Shown here: positions 28,505 through 37,321 of the stretch, piece by piece
Layout of the letters: each line of letters starts with the position of its first letter
How positions within the stretch are numbered: position 1 is the first letter of the stretch
DNA from: an uncultured virus (IMG/VR IMGVR_UViG_3300031087_000457)
Lineage: Duplodnaviria > Heunggongvirae > Uroviricota > Caudoviricetes
Direction: 5' to 3' (one strand)
Length of the DNA: 64,000 bases
IMG/VR virus record: IMGVR_UViG_3300031087_000457
Translations under genes and position numbers: made by a program
The notes under the pieces: model-generated
Seen by the model: the letters and a program-made list of their open reading frames with translations, nothing else
The model's database searches: none
What the model was told of the DNA's origin: nothing

Positions 28505-30256
28505 ATGGGCATCCCCACAGGTCCTCAGCAGGGTGGAAACGCCGGCCGAGGAGGCCTTCCCACAGGCAGAACGCCAGGGAGCCAGCAGCCTGGACAGCAG
28601 CGAGGATTGCCTCCCCAGGGCGGAGCTCAGAGGCCCGCCCAGCCTCGCCGGGAGGGCGGCCTTCCGGGGCTCGGCGAAGGTCAGCCTAGACAGCCTCAGC
28701 AGCGACCAACAGCTGCTCCCAACGGCGGTGGAGCCCAGGCCCCTCGGCAGGCTCCTCCCCGTCAGGCCCCCGCTCAGCAGAGCCCTCAGCAGCCTCCCCG
28801 GCAGCAGCCGCCTCGACAGCCCCTACGAGAGCAGTCGCAGGCTCTTCCGGATGCTGGCGAGAAGCAGTTCGATGATCCCTTCGGAGGCTTCGATGGGGAC
28901 AACGAGGATCTCTTCTCGGATGTACCTCGAGGCTACCGGGACGAGCCCCGCCCTGAAGCTAGCTACGAGGACGACGATCCCTTCTCCTCCGCCGATCCCG
29001 ATGAGGAAGAGGAAGAGGAGACCTTCGAGCCGGAGCCTGAGCCCCAGCGTCCGGCCAAGAGGCAGAAGCCAGAGGCCGCGGCAAAGCCGAGGAGGTTCCA
29101 GGGCAACAGTCGAGCACCTCAGCGCAGCAAGAGCGCCGACGAGGAGTACTCCGACGAGTTCGTGGATCGGAAGAACCTGAAGCTCAAGCCCTTTGGAAAG
29201 GACTCCAAGAAGCGAGCCAAAGTGGGGGACTTCGATCAGCGTAAGAACCTCGAGGGGCAGCGCAGGGTCTACCGGGGAGTGTTCATCGCTGCCGTGCTAG
29301 CAGTTGTGGGCTTTGGCTTCTACCAGACCTTCTGGCCCCAGCAGACCCTGAGCGTGGCCGAGGTTCAGAACATCGCTGCGCTTCAGTCGGGCGAGACCGG
29401 CTTCCCCACGACCAAGGGTGAGGGCTTCGCCATCAGCTTCATCGACAGCCTTCTCAATGTGGACCCGGGAGATGAGAACTCGGCCAAGAGGTCTGCTGCT
29501 CTGAGCTACTTCTACGGAACTGATGGGGGCAACGACCAGGCCTTCAGCGATGCGATGGCCACCGTGGGTAGCGTGCGGCAGCAGGTAGTCTACGGTCCGG
29601 TTGCGCTGGACTCCACAGCGCTTACTGCCAATGCCGCATCCTACGAGGTCGGCGTCCTTCTCAGCACTTCAGACAGTGGCACAGGTGCTCAGGATCCGGA
29701 AGCAGAAGCCGGCAACCTACGCTGGGTAGCCTTCAATGTGAATGTCTACTACGATGAGAAGAACGACTCCTTCGCCATCGCCCCCAACTCCCCGAGCCTC
29801 ATGCCCGCACCTGCTGTCAAGGCGCCGAGCACCGTTCCTGCGGGTGAGCCCCTCGGCGAATCCATCGATGACTACCCCGAGTCCATCAAGGCAACGGTGA
29901 CCGGATTCCTCGATGGCTACCGTCAGTCCAGCAAGGGCAACATCGACAAGATCCTCCAGTACATCGGAACCGACGCCGATGAAAGCCTTCGGGACGGACT
30001 CAACGGTCGCTACCAGTTTGCCACTCCGGACGACCCAGAGACCTCCATTGAGATGCAGGTCTTCAGGCCGGGGAGCACCAACAGCGAGCTCAAGGTGCTC
30101 CTCAAGGTGGACTGGCAGATTCCAGTAGGCGGCGAGTCCAGTGTGACCCTCCCCTCCCACTATGTGCTGACTCTCAACAGCCAGGGTAGCGGAGACTACA
30201 AGGTCACCAAGTTCGCTCCCTACTACTGGACCGAGTCAACGAGCACGGACGGCTAA
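28505..30256 (+). CDS. Conjugative TcpC/VirB8-like membrane protein with a disordered N-terminus
   Basis: Pro/Gln-rich N-terminus, single TM, two repeated extracellular modules (GFAISF / VTGFLDGY); context. Confidence 0.65.
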   Translation: MGIPTGPQQGGNAGRGGLPTGRTPGSQQPGQQRGLPPQGGAQRPAQPRREGGLPGLGEGQPRQPQQRPTAAPNGGGAQAPRQAPPRQAPAQQSPQQPPRQQPPRQPLREQSQALPDAGEKQFDDPFGGFDGDNEDLFSDVPRGYRDEPRPEASYEDDDPFSSADPDEEEEEETFEPEPEPQRPAKRQKPEAAAKPRRFQGNSRAPQRSKSADEEYSDEFVDRKNLKLKPFGKDSKKRAKVGDFDQRKNLEGQRRVYRGVFIAAVLAVVGFGFYQTFWPQQTLSVAEVQNIAALQSGETGFPTTKGEGFAISFIDSLLNVDPGDENSAKRSAALSYFYGTDGGNDQAFSDAMATVGSVRQQVVYGPVALDSTALTANAASYEVGVLLSTSDSGTGAQDPEAEAGNLRWVAFNVNVYYDEKNDSFAIAPNSPSLMPAPAVKAPSTVPAGEPLGESIDDYPESIKATVTGFLDGYRQSSKGNIDKILQYIGTDADESLRDGLNGRYQFATPDDPETSIEMQVFRPGSTNSELKVLLKVDWQIPVGGESSVTLPSHYVLTLNSQGSGDYKVTKFAPYYWTESTSTDG

Positions 30257-30270
30257 TAGCTGATTTCCAA

Positions 30271-30310
30271 CGGAATGGCGCAGTTTGAACAATTCGAACT
30301 GCGCCGTTCC
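30271..30310 (+). terminator. Hairpin after the TcpC-like gene
   Basis: ggaatggcgcagtttgaa...ttcgaactgcgccgttcc. Confidence 0.6.
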
Positions 30311-30414
30311 ACTCTCACCTTGTTTTGATATGAGTTCAGCTTTCGCATTCTTGGGCCTAGCCTGAAAAAGCGTTAGAGAGACCTTCATCAGCTCTAGATC
30401 AACCGGAGAATACA

Positions 30415-30729
30415 ATGGACTTCAGCTCCCTTCCCACCCTCGCTCTGGGAAATCTACTCAACACCGCAATCAGCGACTGGATCGGCCCCGTTCTCGTGGG
30501 TGTCATCGCAGTCGTAGCCATCATCCTGCTCTGGAAGAGGCAGTTCGCTGGCTTCATCACCTTCGCGGCAATGGCAGTTCTCGCCGCGCTCTTCGTCTTC
30601 TTCGGTGGAGACCTCTTCGGCAAGAACGGAAACCTGTCTCAGGCGGGTAAGGATGTCGCCAAGAAGATCAACACCGTGGATGTGACTCACACGACCTTCT
30701 CCCCCGACTTCTTCAAGCTGGATCGCTAA
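30415..30729 (+). CDS. Small two-TM conjugation protein (VirB2/TcpD-like pilin candidate)
   Basis: Two TM helices, about 100 aa, located between the TcpC-like and VirB4-like genes. Confidence 0.6.
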   Translation: MDFSSLPTLALGNLLNTAISDWIGPVLVGVIAVVAIILLWKRQFAGFITFAAMAVLAALFVFFGGDLFGKNGNLSQAGKDVAKKINTVDVTHTTFSPDFFKLDR

Positions 30730-30753
30730 GACCCAGAGTCTTTGAAGGTCTCT

Positions 30754-30786
30754 AGCGGGACGATGCCTTAGGCATCGTCCCGCTTT
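30754..30786 (+). terminator. Hairpin after the pilin-like gene
   Basis: agcgggacgatgcc-tta-ggcatcgtcccgct followed by tt. Confidence 0.7.
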
Positions 30787-30870
30787 CCATTTGGCCTGTA
30801 GGTGTGACACCACCGCTTCGATATGGTTCTCGAGTAAACAGCCCGCACGAGCCAGTGAGAAGGATCTACG

Positions 30871-32292
30871 GTGGCAGAAGACAAGAAGAAGCCAAAGAGG
30901 CCCCTCTTCGGCGAGAAGGCCAAGAAGAAGCTCGATGTCTCAGTGCAGGCAGTCATCGACAACATGGTCTTCAGCAAGCGTGAGGTCTGGGCCTACTACA
31001 GGCTAGGCTCACAGATGTTCGACTTCCTCTCGGACGCCGTCAAGATCAGCAACGGAGCTCGAATCACGGCCGCCTTTACCTCTCTGGTGGAGAACCGTAG
31101 GGATCCTCTGGATCTGCACTTCATCACCACTTCAACTCCCGTGGATGTGGAGGCCTGGCACGCCCAGGTTGAGTCAATCGTGGGCGACTGGCAGGGCAAC
31201 ACTCCCGCCTTCATGAGCTTCCTTGAGGACATGGGAGATCACCTGAGAGCTCAGGAGTTCACCAACAGGGTTGCCTACATCGGCATCAAGCTCGGCAATC
31301 GCGGTGCACTCAACTTCTCCTCCATGAACCCCCTAGAGTCCGGAGTCAAGTCCGCCTGGGAGGCCTTCAAGGAGTGGATGAACACCGCGACGAAGACCTT
31401 CGACGGCGATGTCTCGGCCTCCGAGGAGCGCGAGTTTCGGCTGAAGGCAGATAAGTACACCTCCATGATCCGCAACGGTGCGCTCCAGGGTTCGCCCATC
31501 ACCTCCGAGGAGATTCTCCTTCTCATCAAGCGCATGCTCTACCCGACCATGCCTGCGCCCTACCTCGATGTGGACCACGGCAATCGCTGGGGAGCAGGCG
31601 ACCTGGAGCTTGAGACGGCCTCAGTGATCCGTAACAAGTTCCGCTGGCTTGAGATCACTCAGCTCCTCGGAGGTAGAGAGATCACTGGCTACCGGGCCGC
31701 GCTCTCGATCACCAAGTTCGCGAGGACCGCTCAGTATCCTCAGACCGCCTTCCCCTTCCTATACATCCCCCAGATGCTCATGGGGCTGCCCTTCACTACC
31801 TACGCTCGAGTGAGACTTCTCCCCAACGAGAAGATGCGCAAGGAGATCGAGAAACGCCGCAAGGAGCAGGCCGACCAGCTCAAGAACATGCAGGGTGCCG
31901 CGAGAAATTCGGCTGAAGCTGCTGTTGAGGATAACAGCCGCGTCAGAAACGATCTCGAGGACCTTCGGGAGCTCGACGAGACCACGGCCAACGACAAGAC
32001 GCCCTGGGCTGAGGGCTCCTACCGGGTAGTAATCGAAGCGGTATCGGAGCAGGCCATGCGAGATCTAACTTCAGCCATCAAGCAGGAGTATGCGGACAGC
32101 AACATCACCACCGTGCTATCCTCCGGCGACCAGCTTGAGCTCTTCCTTGAGCAGATGCCGGGTGACCGAATCCGGGTCAACAGCTTCCGGCAGCTCACCA
32201 ACCTTCACCACCTTTCCACTTCGGGCTTCAACATCTCATCCGATGTGGGCGACGAGATTTGGGATCAGACCACCATGGAGAGTGATAGCTGA
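30871..32292 (+). CDS. VirB4/TcpF/ConE-like protein, N-terminal half only (no ATPase domain)
   Basis: IDNMVF...WAYYRL...FDFLS resembles the Tn916 Orf16-family N-terminus; ends after FLEQMPG...SGFNISSDVGD; no Walker A. Confidence 0.6.
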   Translation: MAEDKKKPKRPLFGEKAKKKLDVSVQAVIDNMVFSKREVWAYYRLGSQMFDFLSDAVKISNGARITAAFTSLVENRRDPLDLHFITTSTPVDVEAWHAQVESIVGDWQGNTPAFMSFLEDMGDHLRAQEFTNRVAYIGIKLGNRGALNFSSMNPLESGVKSAWEAFKEWMNTATKTFDGDVSASEEREFRLKADKYTSMIRNGALQGSPITSEEILLLIKRMLYPTMPAPYLDVDHGNRWGAGDLELETASVIRNKFRWLEITQLLGGREITGYRAALSITKFARTAQYPQTAFPFLYIPQMLMGLPFTTYARVRLLPNEKMRKEIEKRRKEQADQLKNMQGAARNSAEAAVEDNSRVRNDLEDLRELDETTANDKTPWAEGSYRVVIEAVSEQAMRDLTSAIKQEYADSNITTVLSSGDQLELFLEQMPGDRIRVNSFRQLTNLHHLSTSGFNISSDVGDEIWDQTTMESDS

Positions 32293-33179
32293 TGGCTAGA
32301 GGTCGCGGTGGCCGTGGCGGTGGAGGAATCGGCGGGTTCCTCCTCTCCGCGCTGATTCTCCTCGTCATAGGAGGAGTGATCTTCGCGGTGGCGAAGGCCA
32401 ACAACATCAATGACGCGGGCGGACTGATCAACTGGTCGAGGCAGACCTCAGATCAGTTCAGAGGCTGCATTCAGCCTGAGATCAAGTTCTGGAAGTGCGC
32501 CTTTAGCGGGGGCAAAGAGCTCGAGAACCACGATGGCACCAAGGGTGAACTCCCCAAGGATGACAGCACGCCGGGCTCCAATAGCAGCACTGGCACTGGA
32601 GGCGGTTCCAACGGCGGCTCTTCATCCGGCGAAGATACACCCTCTGCCGCACCTGAGAAGAGTAGCGAGCTCAAGAAGCTCGCCGCACTGAAGGTGGGAG
32701 ATCCACAGACTGTGGACTACGACCGTGGCGAGTGGAAGCACTGGATCGGTGACCGCTGCAACGATACCCGTCAGCAGGTTCTCAAGGAGCAAGCCAAGAG
32801 CTTCAAGCTCGACGCTGAAGGTTGCAGAGTAGTGTCGGGTGAGTGGATCGATCCCTACACGGGTAAGACCTTCACCGATCCCTCAAAGCTCGACATCGAT
32901 CATGTCTACGCTCTGGGTGCAGCTGCCAAGAACGGTGGCAACGACTGGAGCGTGGCCAAGAAGCAGCAGTACGCCAACGACAAGAGCCAGCTCCTGGCAG
33001 TGTCGGCATCTGCGAATCGCTCCAAGAGCGATAAGAACCCTGCGGAGTGGTGGCCCGAGAACGACGCCTATTCCTGCCAGATGGCCACGAAGTATGTGGA
33101 TGTGGCCACAAAGTACGGGCTTCAGTTCTCCAAGGCCGATGTGAAGGTCCTCGAGAAGGGGCTGAAGACATGCGGCTAA
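32292..33179 (+). CDS. Membrane-anchored HNH endonuclease (DUF1524-like)
   Basis: TM; YDRGEWKHW, W.DPYTG, LDIDHV, LLAVSASANRSKSDK. Confidence 0.8.
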   Translation: MARGRGGRGGGGIGGFLLSALILLVIGGVIFAVAKANNINDAGGLINWSRQTSDQFRGCIQPEIKFWKCAFSGGKELENHDGTKGELPKDDSTPGSNSSTGTGGGSNGGSSSGEDTPSAAPEKSSELKKLAALKVGDPQTVDYDRGEWKHWIGDRCNDTRQQVLKEQAKSFKLDAEGCRVVSGEWIDPYTGKTFTDPSKLDIDHVYALGAAAKNGGNDWSVAKKQQYANDKSQLLAVSASANRSKSDKNPAEWWPENDAYSCQMATKYVDVATKYGLQFSKADVKVLEKGLKTCG

Positions 33180-33280
33180 AGACAGTAGGTTGCGCTCTAG
33201 GCGAGTTTCTCCCCGGAGTGGATGAATGTGATACGGCAACGCCCTTCGGGCCTCTAGGACAGGTATAGGAACGGAAGATC

Positions 33281-34147
33281 ATGGTTAAGCAGAACCCTCA
33301 GGAACTACGGAAGAAGTTCAGGAGCCACCAGGAGAGCCAGGACTCTCTCATGGAGGCCATCGAGAAGCCACTGAGCCTCGAAGAGCGCCTTCAGATCCTC
33401 GCTCAGGCGGGCCGTACCGATCTCGTGGAGGCCTTCAAGGAGTGGAAGCCCCGCGTCTCGAAGGCCAAGAAGCGCGGCGCTCCCCTGGACCAGCGAGTGA
33501 GCATCACCATCACCGGCGATGAGCGATTCTCCCTGGACCGGGAGATGGCTACCCTCAAGGCCGAGCAGACCGGCATCTCCATGTCCCAGCTCATCCGCAA
33601 CCGGGCTCTGGGCTCTGTGGACATCCAGGAGTGGAGGCAGATCGCTGTCAAGGCCCTCCAGGAGATCGAGGAGATCGCCCAGACCTCCGCTCAGCTCCGG
33701 AGGCGCAAGTCTCAGCTCACCATCATCCTCGACACCGAGGATGACGACGAGCAGAGCCACATCTACGAGCGTGAGATCGTGACGATCAACCACAAGCTCG
33801 AGAAGATCACGGCTCAGAACAAGAAGCGCACCTACCGGCTCGCCGGCCGCATGTCCATGAACGAGGCAGAGACCGTGAAGTGGAGGGCTTCCCGGCTCCA
33901 CCTCTCCGCATCCGACTTCCTTCGGATGATGATCTTCGGCCATGTGCCCGACTCGGACGCCGATTCCCACATGTCTCTGGCAGCCAAGCGTCGCTTCTAC
34001 ATCGCCATCATCGATGTGGCAGACAACGGCTGGGGCGATGTGCCCAAGATCTACAACTGCAAGCAGTGCGAGAACTACATCGAGGAGATCCGTACGCTTC
34101 GAGAGCAGCTCAAGCAGAACGAGCTCTTCGCAAAGGCGGGAGTTTGA
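33281..34147 (+). CDS. DNA-binding protein with two ribbon-helix-helix (MobC-like) modules
   Basis: QRVSITITGDER...SMSQLIR and YRLAGRMSMNE...LSASDFLR; C-terminal CKQC. Confidence 0.55.
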   Translation: MVKQNPQELRKKFRSHQESQDSLMEAIEKPLSLEERLQILAQAGRTDLVEAFKEWKPRVSKAKKRGAPLDQRVSITITGDERFSLDREMATLKAEQTGISMSQLIRNRALGSVDIQEWRQIAVKALQEIEEIAQTSAQLRRRKSQLTIILDTEDDDEQSHIYEREIVTINHKLEKITAQNKKRTYRLAGRMSMNEAETVKWRASRLHLSASDFLRMMIFGHVPDSDADSHMSLAAKRRFYIAIIDVADNGWGDVPKIYNCKQCENYIEEIRTLREQLKQNELFAKAGV

Positions 34148-34221
34148 GCTAGAGCTCAAATTATCGCTATGAGCGATATAGATAGCTCTGTAGCCACGAC
34201 ATCCAAGGGGAGTATAGCGCC

Positions 34222-34848
34222 ATGCTAAAGAGGATCTTGAAGAAGATGAGGAGCGACGGGGGTGCCTCCTCGCTGATCTCCTTCCTACTTCTTGCGCCCC
34301 TCTTCCTCGGAGCGGTCATCACCATCATCGACTTCACCTTCTGGAATGCTGACCGCAACCAGGTGGACTCCATCGCCCGTGATGCTGCCCGCACGGTGGC
34401 CATCTACGGTGGTAACGGTAACGGTGCTACGAAGCAGACGACCACTATCGAGGCCAACTACGGAACCAAGCGCTCTGAGGCATGTAGCTCCGGTCGGGCC
34501 GACATCGTGAACGCTCCCAACAAGTACATCTTCGTGAACGCCAACAAGAGCAACGCTACCGGCGTGGAGTGCAATGTGCTGGCGGCCATGGCCAACAGCA
34601 CCGGTCTCGTATCGATCTCTTCGGACACTCCCGTCGTGGTGACCTGTGGCCCCGGTCAGGCTCCCACCATCGGCTCCAGGACCTTCTGCAAGGTGACCTA
34701 CACCTACAACGGACTTCCCGGCTCCCCCATGAGCTTCCTGAAGATCCGCAACGATGATGGCACGGTGACCAACCCACTGAGCCTCAACACCATCACCAAG
34801 TCCTCCGAGTCTGAGGTTAAGCTGCCCACGCTCGTAGCTGCCAAGTAA
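34222..34848 (+). CDS. TadE-like pilin/pseudopilin
   Basis: Basic leader, SDGG.SSLISFLLLAPLF hydrophobic helix, ARDAAR. Confidence 0.65.
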   Translation: MLKRILKKMRSDGGASSLISFLLLAPLFLGAVITIIDFTFWNADRNQVDSIARDAARTVAIYGGNGNGATKQTTTIEANYGTKRSEACSSGRADIVNAPNKYIFVNANKSNATGVECNVLAAMANSTGLVSISSDTPVVVTCGPGQAPTIGSRTFCKVTYTYNGLPGSPMSFLKIRNDDGTVTNPLSLNTITKSSESEVKLPTLVAAK

Positions 34849-34860
34849 GAGGAGGGTCAA

Positions 34861-35583
34861 GTGCTCAAGCTCACTAGCTACCTCAAGCGCAGGCTCGCCA
34901 GCGACCGGGCGGACTCTGTCCTGGTCGGAGGCCTTCTCCTCATTCCCATGCTCGCCATCATCATCGGGATCTCGCTTCAGGCGTCCGCGACCAATCAGAT
35001 GAAGACAGAGCGCGTGAACGCCATCCAGGACTCAGCCTCTGCCGCCGTCAAGCTCACCAACAGCCAGGGCTCTCTCAACTGGGGCGTTGTGGAGAGAGTG
35101 GTGAACCAGTATGAGTATGGGCGCTTCGGTAAGAAGGTCTTCAGCAACAGCTCCAACACGGGCATCAGTTCCGGTGATGCTGCCAAGGACACGGCTGAGA
35201 ACAGAGCTTTCGGCAATGTCTGCACCACAGACGACAAGGGCGCACTCTACCCTCAGTACAAGGTGACCCTGGACACCGTTCGAGGTACTCAGTACGGCAC
35301 AGACCTCAAGACTAAGGCCAAGGTCCTCAAGAACCACCCCCGCACGGTGACCTTCACGCGCACTCAGCCCACCATCGATCAGCTCAACGCCCAGGCAAAC
35401 CTCGTCAAGGATCCCGCGACCGGAGCAACAGCGCTCGATCCGACGACCGGTAAGCCCTATGTCTACCGGTCCGTTTCGGTGGAAGTCATCGATCTGGCTC
35501 CTCAGCTCTTCCTCGGTGGCTGCCAGAAGTTCGATCTCACCGGTAGCGCCGTGACCTTCTCCGGCGACACTGACATTCAGTAG
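34861..35583 (+). CDS. TadE/TadG-like pseudopilin
   Basis: KRRLASDRADSVLVGGLLLIPML leader plus helix; adjacent to the first pilin-like gene. Confidence 0.5.
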   Translation: MLKLTSYLKRRLASDRADSVLVGGLLLIPMLAIIIGISLQASATNQMKTERVNAIQDSASAAVKLTNSQGSLNWGVVERVVNQYEYGRFGKKVFSNSSNTGISSGDAAKDTAENRAFGNVCTTDDKGALYPQYKVTLDTVRGTQYGTDLKTKAKVLKNHPRTVTFTRTQPTIDQLNAQANLVKDPATGATALDPTTGKPYVYRSVSVEVIDLAPQLFLGGCQKFDLTGSAVTFSGDTDIQ

Positions 35584-35731
35584 GAAGTCCTGCGGCATGT
35601 CTTCGGGCCGAAGGAGTCTTCGAATTCAGCGCTTGGTACTATGGTCAAAAGTTGGTCTAGGAGGGACAATGGGATTCTAAGCTAATTAGAACAGATCAAG
35701 GTCTACATCCAATCTCTAGAGAAGGAGCCCC

Positions 35732-37201
35732 ATGGCTCGCAGGGCACAGTCACCGGCCGTAACCACCAAGAGTGAGCGGACGGAGGTGAAGAACTTCCTC
35801 GCAGATGAGCTCCGGAGTAAGACCGTGATCGCAGACACTTCTGCTCTCCTCATCCGCGGAACAGATCTACTCAGATCCCTTCCAGCAGCCCACCTCGTGA
35901 TCCCCGCCATCGTCGTCAAGGAGCTCGAGGGTAAGCGCACATCGCCCACCGTCGGCTTCCTCGCAAGGGACTGGCTCAGGCTCCTCGAGTCCCTGCGTAT
36001 CCAGTACGGTAGCGAGCTCGCCAAGGGCGTGGCGATCCCCGAGGAGTTCACCGCAGAGAAGATCATCCTCTCCATCGAGCCCAACCACAGCTCGCAGACG
36101 ACTCTTCCGAAGCAGCTCCAGGATGGCAGCAATGACAGCACCATCCTCGCAGTTGCAGCGGCCTTCAACAAGAACGAGGAGGATCACCGGGACAGGGTCG
36201 CGCTGATCTCCAACGATGTGCCCATGAGGATCCACTCCACCCTGGAGGTCGGCATCCCGGCCTACGAGATCTCTTCGGCCACCATCGAGGCAGCGCAGCC
36301 CTTCTCGGGCCGTGTGCAGATCGAGATCGAGGACGATCAGGTGGACGAGGTCTTCCGGGACAAGGATGAGCTCAACATCTCTAAGCTTCGGCCCCTCATC
36401 GAGGAAGCCCTCGGCGACAAGGTGTCTCGAGCTGTTCTGGACATCGTTCACGATGGAAAGATCTTGAAGACAGTTCTCTACTCGGATGCCTCAGGTTCCA
36501 TCGTCTCACTCCCCCGGGAAGGCAACCGCGCAATGCGGATCTCACCCCGCACCGATGAGCAGCGAGTTGCCATGAGCTACCTGCTCAAGACGGCAGACGA
36601 GCTTCCCATCGTCTCCGTGGCCGGTAGCGCCGGTACGGGAAAGACGCTGCTCACCATCGCCGCGGGTCTCGAAGGTGTTAAGAAGAAGCAGTACCAGCGA
36701 GTGCTGGTCTTCAGGTCGCTTCACGAGATGGGTGTTGGCCAGGAGATGGGCTTCCTGCCAGGTGGCGTGGACGACAAGATGGGGCCCTGGTCGGGCGCCG
36801 TCATGGACTCCCTGGAGGTCATTGCTCGAGGCACTAAGAAGAGCAGCACTCCGCCCACCAAGGAAGAGATCGACAAGCTCAAGGCAGATGTTGAGGTCTC
36901 GCCGATCAGCTACCTCAGAGGTCGCTCGATCACGGACACCTTCATGGTGCTCGATGAGGCTCAGAACTTCTCTCGCAACGAGCTCCTCAACATCCTCTCC
37001 CGGGCCGGTGAGGGCACCAAGGTCGTGTTCCTCTTCGACGCGGATCAGGTTGACAACCGATTCCTCCAGACAGGACCTCGTGCCGATGTGTGGTCAGTCA
37101 TCGACTCGCTGAAGTCCTCTGAGCTCTTCGGCCATGTGACCCTGAAGACAACTGAGAGGAGCGCGGTGGCTGAACTCGCTTCGAGCCTTCTCGCCCGGTA
37201 G
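35732..37201 (+). CDS. phoH: PIN-PhoH (PhoH2-like) ATPase
   Basis: PIN motifs DTSALL, NDSTIL, SND; Walker A GSAGTGKT; GFLPG; YLRGRS; DEAQN. Confidence 0.9.
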   Translation: MARRAQSPAVTTKSERTEVKNFLADELRSKTVIADTSALLIRGTDLLRSLPAAHLVIPAIVVKELEGKRTSPTVGFLARDWLRLLESLRIQYGSELAKGVAIPEEFTAEKIILSIEPNHSSQTTLPKQLQDGSNDSTILAVAAAFNKNEEDHRDRVALISNDVPMRIHSTLEVGIPAYEISSATIEAAQPFSGRVQIEIEDDQVDEVFRDKDELNISKLRPLIEEALGDKVSRAVLDIVHDGKILKTVLYSDASGSIVSLPREGNRAMRISPRTDEQRVAMSYLLKTADELPIVSVAGSAGTGKTLLTIAAGLEGVKKKQYQRVLVFRSLHEMGVGQEMGFLPGGVDDKMGPWSGAVMDSLEVIARGTKKSSTPPTKEEIDKLKADVEVSPISYLRGRSITDTFMVLDEAQNFSRNELLNILSRAGEGTKVVFLFDADQVDNRFLQTGPRADVWSVIDSLKSSELFGHVTLKTTERSAVAELASSLLAR

Positions 37202-37226
37202 CCTTTTTTCGCCGCTAAAGCATTCA

Positions 37227-37286
37227 GAAAAGAGCTCCAACCCGACTACCCGTTGATATGGGACCCGTCGGGTTGGGGCTCTTTTC
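37227..37286 (+). terminator. Long inverted repeat whose loop contains the YGATAT motif
   Basis: gaaaagagctccaacccgac...gtcgggttggggctcttttc. Confidence 0.65.
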
Positions 37287-37321
37287 CATGGCCCAAAACA
37301 GTCGATTGAGCTAGAGGCAGA

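Noticed and set aside
33180..33280. Possible oriT upstream of the MobC-like gene
   Set aside because: No recognisable nick site or strong inverted repeat, and no relaxase identified in the window.
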